NCBI RefSeq assembly: GCF_004010195.1 | Contig: NC_057728.1 | Location: 50,191,849-50,236,588, forward strand | DNA length: 44,740 nt | Direction: 5' to 3' | Origin: Chiloscyllium plagiosum | Lineage: Eukaryota | In this document: piece after piece, positions 24,841 to 35,752 of the stretch | How positions within the stretch are numbered: position 1 is the stretch's first letter | How the letters are laid out: every line of letters starts with the position of its first letter | Notes under the pieces: model-generated | What the model was told of the DNA's origin: nothing | Databases searched by the model: none | The model's input: only the letters and a program-made list of their open reading frames with translations | Program-made: the position numbers and the translations under genes

Positions 24841-25570
24841 AATGGGACTGGAGGGTTTGAGTTATAAGGAGAGGCTGAATAGGCTGGACTGGCTCAGTGG
24901 TTAGCACTGTTGTCTCACAGCACCAGGGGCCCCGGTTCGATTCCCACCTTGGCCAACTGTCTGTGTGGAGTTTTCATAGTCTCCCTGTGTCTGTGTGGGC
25001 TTTCTCCCACAATCCAAAGATGTGCAGGTCAGGTAAAATGGCCATGCTAAATTGCCCATAGCATTAGGTGCATTTTGTCTGGGATAAATATAGGGGATTG
25101 GGTCTGGGTGGGTTACTCTTCAGAAGGTCAGTATGGACTTGTTGGCCTGAAGGGCTTGTTTCCATACTTTGTAGGGAATTTAATCTTTTCTCACTGGAAT
25201 GTAAGAGATTGAGGGGTGTCCTTATAGAGGTTGATAAAATCATGAGGGAAATAGACAAGGTGAACAGAAAGGGTCTTTTCCCCAAAACTATGGGGCATAT
25301 TTTTAAGATGAGAGGAGAAAGAGTTAAAAACGATGTGAGGGGCAACTTGTTTTACACAGACAGTGGTTAATGTGTGGAATGAGCTGCCAGAGGAAGCGGG
25401 CACAGTCATAATGTTTGAAAGACATTTGGATAATTACACAAATAGGAAAGATTTAGAGAGATATGGGCCAAATGCAGGCAGGTGGGACTAGTTTAGTTTG
25501 GGAACACGGTCAGCATGGACTGGTTGGACTGAAGGGTCTGTTTCCATGCTGCATGACTCTGTGACGCGAT
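24841..25570 (+). mobile_element. CR1 3' end interrupted by an HE1-type SINE (~24890-25185)
   Basis: ...aggctggact | ggctcagtggttagcactg...gggaatttaatct | tttctcactggaatgtaagagattgagggg. Confidence 0.85.
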
Positions 25571-25859
25571 GACTAGTTCCTACAAAGTTGATAAAATCTG
25601 CTACATTTCATCCTTAAAGTGAGGCAATGAATGGTGACCTGACAGAGATGTGTGTGGTGCTCAATAGACTGTAAACGATATTCTGGCAAGTTCAGGAGTT
25701 AACAGGACCTTACATTTAAAGAAGATTTCAACACATTTTGTGCATTTCCCACCCAGTGAGTCTATTTCTCAGTAAAGCATGCTATCACCCCTTAAAGTAC
25801 ACAACCTTGGTGGTTATCAAGGTTTCAACGTCTCCAGGCAATCAATGTGTTCGTATTAT

Positions 25860-26045
25860 TTGAATATTGAGCCCAGGACACCAGGGAGACCTCCTCCACT
25901 CCTTCTAAATATGATAAACATGGGATCATTATTATTGACCCTAGAGACCAAATTAGACCTCAGCTTAACACCTCATCTGAGAGACAGCACCTCTGATAAT
26001 GCAGCATTCCCTGGACTGGAGTGTTATCCTAGACTGAGCATTCAA
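25860..26045 (-). mobile_element. Old Deu-domain SINE fragment
   Basis: cctcatctgagagacagcacctctgataatgcagcattccc; similar fragments at ~26630-26815 and ~40880-41125. Confidence 0.55.
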
Positions 26046-28689
26046 TTGTGATTTCCTGTAATGATTCCATAATCTCGTCAGAGCCCCGGTGTTTAACAGT
26101 GATCAGAGACATGAGGGAGATATCCAGAGAGACTGTCGTTTTCAGGCTCTGAGAATCCGGCTTCTCTCGATCCACATGGAATCTTCACTCAGTAATATTG
26201 TCCTGGTTGTCTTGCATGGCTCCTCACTCTAGATTCAGCTTTCACAGCCTGTCCAGGATTGTCTGACCCTCAGTCAGTATCGGCAATGCCTTATTTGCTT
26301 CAGTGACATCAGATGGTTGTGAGGTATCTTAAATCATTACCGCCCACTCCACTTCTAACCCCACTCCACCTCCCTCCCCACCCTAAAACAGGGAAGTTAA
26401 GACAGTGGCACCTGGACAGGACGCCAGTCATCTGCATCTCAACAGCTCGCATGCATCAGTCCACTGGCTGCTTCATTTGGTCCAGTATTACCTTGTGCTC
26501 AGCAACAGCAAAACCGATTACATCCAGCAAGCCCTAAAGACCCATCACAGCATCGTTCAATAGTGAGAGGCAGGATGGAGGTTAACTTTGCAACACCGTA
26601 TCCTAGTGTGGGGGACAGATAGGAAAAAATAACACCTTTGCATGTATATAGCAGTTCTTTTACAACTGTGTACACACAGCAAGATCTCACAAACAGCAGT
26701 GTGTGATAATGGCTAGATGATCTCTTACTACGATATTGATGGAGGGATAAATATTGAATAGGACACAGAGGTGAACTCTGCCTCTATTCTTCGAAATAGT
26801 GCCTTGGACTCTTTTATAGCTTTGGCAGGAGTAAGCCATTCGGCCCTTTAAATCTGTTCTGTTATTTGACCAGATCAATGATGGTATCATGCTGCTTTAT
26901 ATTCTTCATCTTCCTATCATTAAGAAAGTTGATGAGGCACTGGCGTCTGTGGCAACTTACCAACGAAACTGAAACTGCCCTGAATCAGTCAGTGGATGAG
27001 AGGATGCATGAGTTGGGGAGGACTGTAGCAAAAATCTGTAGGCCTCAGATTGACATGGAGTCTCACAAAGGTGGACATACCATCTTTCAGTGACCAGAAC
27101 CCTGCAGGGTAATGTCATGCCAATGTTAATTGGCATTAACAATCAATCATCAATGATTGATTAACTCCACGGTTTGTTTATTTTAAACGGTGAAACACTC
27201 TAAATATTATGATGCATACTTTACAGAAAACCAATTGCTTTCAGTGTGGAGTTCAGAGATCCACAGCAGACCAGCTGGCAGGCAGAGTCACAATATTGTT
27301 TACACAATGCACTTGGATGATGTCATGTGGACTTGTGGACAGGACCGCTTTGGATCTCAAAGGAGTGACACTGAATGCCTGGACCCCCTCAATGTTTATT
27401 ATAGCCTGTAGACCCTTGTTACATGCAATAAACCAGGTCTTGTTAACCACAAGAGACTCTTCTAGTTAGACCAGGATATTGACAGAGAAATTCATCATGA
27501 GCAGCAGTTCGTATAACACAGTGAGCTGGCTCTGCTCATTTAGAGGTCCCATGAATCTAGATTCCCCCACAAGGGGAAACATCCTCTCATCATCCACTCT
27601 GTCAATCCCCTCTCCAATCCTCTATGTTTCGATCAGATCACTTTTTTATCTGATAAACTCCAATGAATAAAGATCAACTGACATACTTTTCTTGATAAAT
27701 AAGCTCCTTCCTCCCAGGAATCAATTGATTAATTTTTTCTTAGCCACTTCAAAAATAATGATGTCCTGTCTTGGGCAAAGAAACAAAAATTGTACACCTC
27801 AGCTGAATCCACGTCGAGGTGTTTTTGGATGATGTCTACATGGAACAGTAGGTAGGTGAGAATAAGAAGGCAGCCCAGTCAAATCCTCAGGGTCACCAGA
27901 GATAATAGTGTGAGAGTGAGAAGAGAAACCATTGCAGGTGATTCCCTGACCGTGACTGAAAAGGTCGGGCTGGAACCAGATGATCGTAGTCCCATACAGC
28001 GAGATGGTAGTGTGGAGGAATTGGAGGAGAATGGTGAGGCTAACTGTAACAGATCTGCAGATAGATCAAGATGGATAAGGAGGACATTTGGACAGGAAAT
28101 GGAGAAGTTACTTGAAGTGCTAGTAGAGGCTCAAAATCATTGATCCTCCATTCATAGACTTCTGCAACCTCCTGACCATTGTCGCATCCAGATTGCCTAT
28201 AGATCTAACATTTCTGTATTGGATGTCTCTTAAGGGAGATTCCCCCTACCCCACCTCTCTAACTCTGACTCTTCTCCATTTACTATCACCCCGTGACTTT
28301 TCTCTGAAGGAACACCCGCTTTAGTCCCATGCCTCTGCCCTTCCCCCTTCACTAGTCCATCATACTTCAGGTTTTTTTCTTTGAAGGAAAATTAGTAGCA
28401 CATAAGATTAAGCTGGATTCACAACATTTATATTCCTTCAGAAGCCTGGCTCAAATTACTTCATCTCATTCCATTGCTATAATCCTGCCCACCCACCCAT
28501 TTGCTTATCCAGCTTCCCCTCAACAACTTATCTCACCAGTGCCTGCAGTAGTCCCCTAGTTTACACTCCATTTATTCATTCTGCATTTTCACCACTCGGT
28601 GGGTAAAGAGGTTCCTTCAGGATTCCCCATTGGATTTTTTGGTGACTGCCTTACATTGTTGGCCTCTGGCTTTAGTCTTCGGTTACCAT

Positions 28690-29490
28690 GAGATGAAGAT
28701 TTTATCACCATCATTAAAACATACGCTCCAACCTGAGGATGAAGATACCTATTTCGACATTCAGGATGATATTCTGCCATATGAAGAAGTATTTTTGTTC
28801 CTGAGCATTTGGACCTAACGGAGTTTCTTGGCGAATGATCCCAGAGTTCTCATGGTGCTGGAGAACTGGCCAGCAGCTACTGGAACTTTAAACAAGCACC
28901 ATGGGCCTTGTGTTACCAGCAACGTGCCTCTCAGCAAACATTGGCACAAGGTCTCATTGCACCATCCACACTACAGCGACTGTCACCAACCTGACCTGAC
29001 AATCACTGCAGAAAATGTGATGTGTCCAGAGTTCTGCACACATGGAATGATCATAGTGCAGGCTGTAAGATTAATCGCTCCCTTGTCAGTGGCATGGTGA
29101 AGCTTCAACAGAGAACATGTATGCCAATCATGATGTTATACCCACTTCAATGTTCCATGTGTGAGCGATGTCACCATCTTTAATCAGCCTCATCAACATA
29201 TCGCTGGAAACTGTCAGTTTCTCCTCACTTTTTCCTATCGCTGGAAGCAGTCTGCAAACTCTTCTGCTTTGAATGGACAGTGGCAGGCAACTTACCTCTT
29301 GATGAAGAGCACTGTATATGCTCAGGAAAGGCAGCCACCAAGTTTGGCTGACTAACAAAATGGGCACAGAAAGACAACCAAGAGCACTCAGTGACAAGGC
29401 TGTTCCCTCAGCCTGCATGGTGGCAAAGCCTGGGCATCATAAAAAAGAAAAGCTCAATAATTTCCATCACAAATATCCACTATACTTCAT
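28690..29490 (+). pseudogene. Decayed RTE-like LINE endonuclease region
   Basis: TIIKTYAPT at 28707-28733 and HKVSLHHPH.SDCHQPD resemble RTE APE motifs (SAYAPT, TW.HP.S..WH.LD); heavily frameshifted. Confidence 0.55.
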
Positions 29491-29514
29491 ATGGAAAGTC
29501 ATTAGTCATTAATT

Positions 29515-29755
29515 TGGGGTGGCTCAGTGGCTCAGTGGTTAGCACTGCTGCCTCCCGGTCCCAGGTTCAATTCCAGCCTTGGGCTGTAGTTTGCACATTG
29601 TCCTCTTGACTGTGTGGGTTTCCTCCTGCAGGCCAGGTGAATTGGCCATGTTATATTGCCTGTAGTGTCAGGTGCATTAGTCAGTTGGAGGGTTGGGGTG
29701 ATCTGGTTGGGCCGAAGGGCCTGTTTCTACATTGGAGGGAATCTAATCTAATCAT
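29515..29755 (+). mobile_element. HE1-type SINE with internal deletions
   Basis: ggtggctcagtggctcagtggttagcactgctgcc...ggttcaattcc...gggccgaagggcctgtttc...atctaatctaatc. Confidence 0.85.
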
Positions 29756-29779
29756 TTCCAGGGCAAACACCTTTTTTTA

Positions 29780-30760
29780 ATAGTTTTGACTATTCATTCA
29801 CAGGGTGTGGGCATCACTGACTGGCCCAGCATTTATTGCTCATCACTAACTGACCTGGGGAAGGTGGTGGTGAGCTGCTTTATGGGACCACTGCAGGTAT
29901 AATTCTGTTGGGGAGGGAGTTTCAGGATTTTGGCCCAGTGACACTATAGGAACAGCGATATATTTCCCACCTTGAAGAAGTTCTCCTTCTCCCTCTACAA
30001 GGATCTCAGTGAGTCTCTCTCTTTCTCTTTCTTGCACTGCACCCCCCAGGTCATCTCATCTTCCCTGAAGCTCTTTAACCACATCCTGAAACAGACCCGC
30101 TACCACAGCCACGTCTGCCAACTCGCGGAATGTTTCAGGGAACATGACTGGGACACATGCACCCAACAACCCCATTGTGCTGTGGCCAACTATTCCAACT
30201 CCCCCCCCACTCTGCAAGTCCTGGGCCTGTACCACCGCCAAATCATAGCCACCGGGCGACTGGAGTAAGAATGTCACATTTTCTGTCCACATGGGATCAA
30301 TGTTGACTTCCCCAGTTTCCTCATCTCCTCTCCCTCCTTATCCTCCCAGATCCAACCCTCCAACTCAGCACCGTCCACTTGAACTGTCCTACCTGTCCAT
30401 CTTCCTTCCCACCTATCCACTCCATCCACCCTCCCGACCTATCACTATCACCTCCTTTCTGCATCTACCTATCGCCTTCCCAGCTACCTTGCCCCACACC
30501 CCCCACCCTCCTAATTATCTCTCAGCTGCCCTCTCCCCCCCTCCACATTCTTGATGAAGGGCTTATGCCCGAAATGTCAACTCTCCTGCTCCACGGATGC
30601 TGCCTGACCTGCTGTGCTTCTCCAGCATCACACTTTTCATCTCCGATATACTTCCAAGTCAGGATGGTGAATGGCTTGGAGGAAAGCTTTCAGATGGTGA
30701 ATCTCCCTGTATCTTCTGCCCTTGTCCTTCTAGATGACAGCAGCTGTGGGTTTGGAAAAT
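29780..30760 (-). mobile_element. Old LINE 3' end hosting a Penelope insertion
   Basis: attcattcacagggtgtgggcatcactg...cagcatttattg...; sequence resumes at 30656 (aagtcaggatggtg) and is the reverse-orientation counterpart of 34370-34545. Confidence 0.65.
29968..30643 (+). mobile_element. 5'-truncated Penelope-like element (GIY-YIG C-terminus, pyrimidine-rich UTR, HHR pLTR), 12-bp TSD
   Basis: QLAECFREHDWDT...VANYSNSPPTLQVLGLYH; ttgatgaagggcttatgcccgaaatgtc at 30551-30578; TSD cgatatatttcc (29956-29967) / cgatatacttcc (30644-30655). Confidence 0.88.
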
Positions 30761-31465
30761 ACTCCCTATCTTCTACCATATCAGGACCGTTTCCCTCAAT
30801 CTTCCTGCATCTCCCCCATCCACTGGTTAACAACATCTCTAATTCTTTTCTTCGGGTAATCAACCTGAAAGGTTATTCTATTTGTCTTCTCAGATGCTAC
30901 CCAACCTCTGAGCATTTCTAACAATTTGTTTTGTCCATATCTCAAGTCACCAATTCTGTTAATGAGTTCTTTCTCTCCATTTGCCAGTTTTGCCTTTATG
31001 ATCATCTTAGAATGTTGATTTTGGCAGGAATACTGTGATGAGGAAAATGATCCTTTGATTATTAAATAACTGCTTCGGGTACCCAGGAATCTCCCAGTAA
31101 CTGATGGAGTAAATATCTGTCTGATCGCAATAACAAGGAGCCATCCAGCGCAGAGAGGGCAGAACAGCACTTTGAATTCTGGCCACTAACAAAACCTTTG
31201 ATGGTTCGGGGTGGCCGCTGACAGCAGTAATCAGACTTAATGACCTTCCTGATAACCAAAGACCCTGCACACTGTCTCGTTCATTTTCATGAACTTCAAA
31301 GCGAACCTCAGCAGGTGGAAGCAGAATCCTGAGCTCTTCAATCCTGCACTCTCAGGTGATGTTCTCCAAGGGTATTGCTGGGATATCCTTTAAGCATGAA
31401 AACTTAAACTCAGGAAAAGATGCAACTCCCACACTGAGTGGTTCTGATTGCTTTAATGAAAAAGG

Positions 31466-32068
31466 CCAGAGTATTGAGTACAGGAGTTGGGAGGTTATGT
31501 TGTGTCTGTACAGGACATTGGTTAGGCCAGTGTTGGAATATTGTGAGCAATTCTGGTCTCCTTCCTATCGGAAAGATGTTGTGAAACTTGAAAGGGTTCA
31601 GAAAAGATTTACAAGGATGTTGCCAGGGTTGGAGGATTTGAGCTATAGGGAGAAGCTGAACAGGCTGGGGCTGTTTTCCCTGGAGCATCAGAGGCTGAGG
31701 GGTGACCTTATATAGAGGTTTACAAAATTATGAGGGGCATGGATAGGATAAATAGACAAAATCTTTTCCCTGGGATGGGGGAGTCCAGAACTTGAGGGCA
31801 TAGGTTTAGGGTGAGAGGGGAAAGATATAAAAGAGACCTAAGGGGCAACGTTTTCACACAGACGGTTGTACGTGTATGAAATGAGCTGCCAGAGGAAGTG
31901 GTGGAGGCTGGTACAATTGCAATATTTAAGAGCCATCTGGATGGGTATATGAATAGGAAGGGTTTGGAGGGATATGGGCCGGGCGCTGGCAGGTGGGGCT
32001 AGATTGGGTTGGGATATCTGGTTGGCATGGACGGGTTGGACCGAAGGGTCTGTTTCCATGCTGTACTC
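31466..32068 (+). mobile_element. Young CR1 3' end
   Basis: GQSIEYRSWEVMLCLYRTLVRPVLEYCEQFWSPSYRKDVVKLERVQKRFTRMLPGL; near-identical to 1-502. Confidence 0.95.
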
Positions 32069-32374
32069 TAAGACAACTAATTACTATCTTCTCAAGGGCA
32101 ACTAGGAATGGACAATAAATGCTGGCCCTGCCAATGACGCTTACATCCCATGAACAAATTTAAGTTAATAACCTCATGATTTATCATATTCCACTATTGT
32201 TCTCATTCCTGAATTATGCTAAAATATGGAAACATTAAGAGGCCATTCATTACATTGAAGTCAAGCTATCATTTAACCTGACCTGATCTTCACCTCAACT
32301 CCATTTCGCTGCATAAGCCCCATGGCTTAGCTAGACAAGCATTGACTCCAACACTTGCCCCAAATATAGAAGCT

Positions 32375-32585
32375 GAAAAATGTGGTGCTGGAAAAACACA
32401 GCAGACCAGGCAGCATCCGAGGAGCAGGAGAATCGATGTTTCGGGCATAAGCCCTTCTTCCTGAAGAAGGGCTTATGCCCGAAACGCCGATTCTCCTGCT
32501 CCTCGGATGCTGCCTGGCCTGCTGTGTTTTTTCAGCACCACATTTTTCAACTCTGGGCTCCAGCATCTGCAGTCCTCACTTTTCT
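32375..32585. mobile_element. Near-perfect hairpin double-pLTR insertion (family A), 16-bp TSD
   Basis: Arms ~32372-32460 and 32463-32552 around a 2-nt spacer; ctgaagaagggcttatgcccgaaac at 32461-32485; TSD cccaaatatagaagct at 32359-32374 and 32586-32601. Confidence 0.9.
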
Positions 32586-32964
32586 CCCAAATATAGAAGC
32601 TTCCTACCTCTGAGCAGTTCAGGCTCTGTTAACCTTTCCTCCTCAAGCTTCAATGAATTGGTTCTTTCAATTGTCATCGACACAGCAAAACCCGGGAATT
32701 CTTTTACTGGGGATTTTTAAATCAATGTGATGTCTGGGACACTTGGATTCAAAGTTGGAATGGCATTCCTTAACAGTCTCAGGATTTTGCATAGAATGTA
32801 CTGAACCTATTTGGTCTATTCGGCCCAACTTTGGCAGTATTTATGCTCCTCATAAGTTTCCTCACATGCCTCTGCAACTCACCATAACAGCTGTAGAACC
32901 TGTATCTTTTGCTTGTTCTGTGTTTTGATTGAGGAATGAAATGGTTAAGTGACTATTTTAAAAA

Positions 32965-33198
32965 GGAGACAGTGAGGACTGCAGACACTGGAGATCAGAA
33001 TCGAGTGTGTGGTGCTGGAAAAGCACAGCAGGTCAGGCAGCATCCGAGGAGCAGGAGAATCGGCGTTTCGGGCATAAGCCCTTCATCAGGTTCCTCATCT
33101 TCAGAAGTTTCCTGATGAAAGGCTTATGCCTGAAACATCGATTCTCCTGCTCCCCGGATGCTGCCTGACCTGCTGTGCTTTTCCAGCACCGCACTCTC
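32965..33198. mobile_element. Palindromic double-pLTR insertion (family A), 14-bp TSD, two CTGATGA HHR cores
   Basis: Minus core cctgatgaagggcttatgcccgaaacgcc (33062-33090), plus core cctgatgaaaggcttatgcctgaaacatc (33111-33139); TSD gactattttaaaaa at 32951-32964 and 33199-33212. Confidence 0.9.
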
Positions 33199-34585
33199 GA
33201 CTATTTTAAAAACCAATGATTGTGCAAAGGATTACTGTACTTTTTAAAAACATGCGCCCTGATACACATTGTAAGTGCTGTTTACACTGCTGTTCATTCG
33301 AGCAATGTGGGGAGGCAACTACAAATGAGTTGGAGCCTGGGGATGTAAATGATGGGTGATTTGGCCTGCAACAAATAGTTGTTCGGTCTGTGGAATAGTG
33401 AGCAGCTGCTGATGACCTTCTGCCTTCTGCCTGCTAATGACTAGGCGATTGTCTGCCAAGGAACTGAAACAGCTTGTGGATTTGAATGTTCGGGTCAAAA
33501 ACAATGAGTCCTCTGAAAAGGAACATGCTGTCTCTTCAATGCAGTAGAAAGCATCTAAAGCATGCAGAAAGCCAGTCCATTAAGCCTCATCAATTGTTGT
33601 AAAGATGCCATTTAACCAATAGATCAGAGACTTTATAAATGAGAACCAGTTGCTCTGTGCCTCCTGCAGGCAAGTCAAAAGAACCTGGAGAAGACAATTA
33701 AGGTGCAGCAAGTCTTGGCAAGTGAAAAGGATCATCCCAGTGAACCCTGTGCTCAGGGCCCATTGAACTGCCTTCGTAGTCTCTCCCTCCTCCCAGAACA
33801 TCCATTTTTTGTGTGTTTGTCTGTGTCTGTCTGTATGTGTGTATGGAGGGATTTTTACAAAAGGTTAGAAATTTAACTAATAAGTTGCTGGTTTATAATT
33901 GTTTATCTGTAGCTAGAGTCTATTTATTTACAATAAATATAACTTTTTGCTAAATACAGAAACCTACTCCATACTATTAGAATCATAGAGTCATAAAGCT
34001 TCATCTTGGGTCTAAAACACAGATAAACCACGGAATTTAATCTACTTTTACAACATAGATACGTTGACTTTGTGACAACTTCAGGGATAGTGGGGCTAGA
34101 TTTACAGCAGCACACTATCTCAGTGAGGCAGAACACAACAGATGCATCATTCCTTTTGTACCTTATTGTGTCTATTCCCTTTAAATGCCTATAACCTATT
34201 CACCTCAACTACTGGTGTGTTCAACATTCTCATACTTATTAACAAAAGGAGTTTCTTCTGCATTCTCTGTCAAATGTTTTCATGACGATGTTATATTTAT
34301 GGTTCTTAGTGCAGCTCTTTCTCACGAGTGGTAATGTAATTTTTACAATTGGCCTATTACACCCTGTTACACATAGCCATGTTGGAGTGCACCATCTACA
34401 AGATGCACTACAGCCGCTCATCAAGTTTCCGCTAACAGCGCCTTCAAAACCCACGAGCTGCACCACAGAGAGGGACAAGGACAGCAGATCTATGGGAACA
34501 CTACAACCTGCAAGTTCCCCTCCAAGTGTATCCATAATCCATTCAAAGTAGTCAGGACATTGAGTATTGGGAAGTCATGTTGCGA

Positions 34586-34966
34586 ATCTCACTTTTTAGA
34601 TGAGAATCAATCTAAACACCATGGCATAGACAGAGCACACAGGGGGCCAACACCTTCAACATATTGTCTAGCTATCACCATTGTTAACAATTAACCTGAG
34701 AATGCAACTTTTTAAAAAAAGGCTTTGTGATTTACACATGAAAGAAGTGAAACCATCATGGTATTCTAACAGATGAAAGGCTTAACAGACAATCAATTTT
34801 TCAACGTATAATTTCAGTTACATCACACTGTAAATTTTTGCTATAAATTCTGTGTGTTAGGATTGAGCCCTCCACTACCACCTGATGAAGGAACGACGCT
34901 CCGAAAGCTGGTGTGCTTCCAATTAAACCTGTTGGACTATAACCTGGTGTTGTGTGATTTTTAAGT
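34586..34966 (+). mobile_element. pLTR family B element with HHR core, between CR1 fragments
   Basis: cac-CTGATGA-a-ggaac-gac-gctcc-GAA-AGCT-g-gtg at 34879-34913; 3' end shared with 8183-8306 and 3074-3156. Confidence 0.8.
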
Positions 34967-35752
34967 TTATATAATCATGTGGAGCATGGATAGGATAAAT
35001 AGACAAAGTCTCTTCTCTGGGTCGGAGAAGTCCAGAGCTAGAGGGCATAAGTTTAGGACGAGAGGGGAAAGATATAATAGAGACCTAAGGGGCAATGTTT
35101 TCACACAGAGGGTGGTCGTGTATGGAATGAGCTGCCAGAGGACGTGGTGGAGGCTGGTACAATTGCAATTTAAAAGGCAGTTGGATGGGTATATGAATAG
35201 GAAGGGTTTGGACGGATATGGGCCGGGTGCTGGCAAGTGGGACTAGATTGCGTTGGGATATCTGGTCGGCATAGACAGGTTGGAGCGTAGGGTCTGTTTC
35301 CATGCTGTACATCTCTATGAATCTAAGAGGCTGACTAGGCTGGAGCTGTTTTTCCTGGAGTGATGGTGGCTGATGGATGATCTTATAAAGGTTTACAAGA
35401 TCATGAGACGCATGGATAGGATAAAAAGATAAGATCTTTTACCTGGGTTGATGGAGTTCAGAAGTAGAGGAAATAGGTTTAAGGTGAGAATGGAAAGATT
35501 TAAAAGGGACCTAAGGGGCAATGTTTTCACACAGAGGGTGGTGTGTGTATGGAATGAGCTGTCAGAGGAAGTTCTGGAGGCTGGTACATTTAAAAGGCAT
35601 CTAGATGGTACATGACAAGGGAGGGTTTAGAGGGATATGAGCCAAGTGCTGACAAATGGGAGTAGATTAATTTACGATATCTGGGTGATATGGGCAAGTT
35701 GGACTAAAAGGTCTGTTTCCATGCTGTACATCTCTATGACTGTATGACTCTG
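34967..35752 (+). mobile_element. Two head-to-tail CR1 3' ends (~34967-35325 and ~35327-35752)
   Basis: Both carry RGNVFTQRVV-coding DNA and the gtttccatgctgtacatctctatga tail. Confidence 0.9.

Noticed and set aside
30379..30921. Longest ORF (180 aa, Pro/Ser-rich); similarly 43511..44020 (169 aa)
   Set aside because: Read-through of the pyrimidine-rich Penelope UTR, pLTR and flanking repeat; the composition is simply stop-poor.
32372..32552. Long hairpin as a pre-miRNA or DNA-transposon MITE
   Set aside because: The arms are PLE termini, and TSDs vary from 11 to 17 bp unlike fixed transposase TSDs; there is no evidence for miRNA processing.
33300..34130. Possible long ERV/Gypsy LTR (similar impression at ~1000-1620, ~13210-13630 and ~38850-39120)
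   Set aside because: General LTR-like texture only; termini, TSD and PBS could not be defined.
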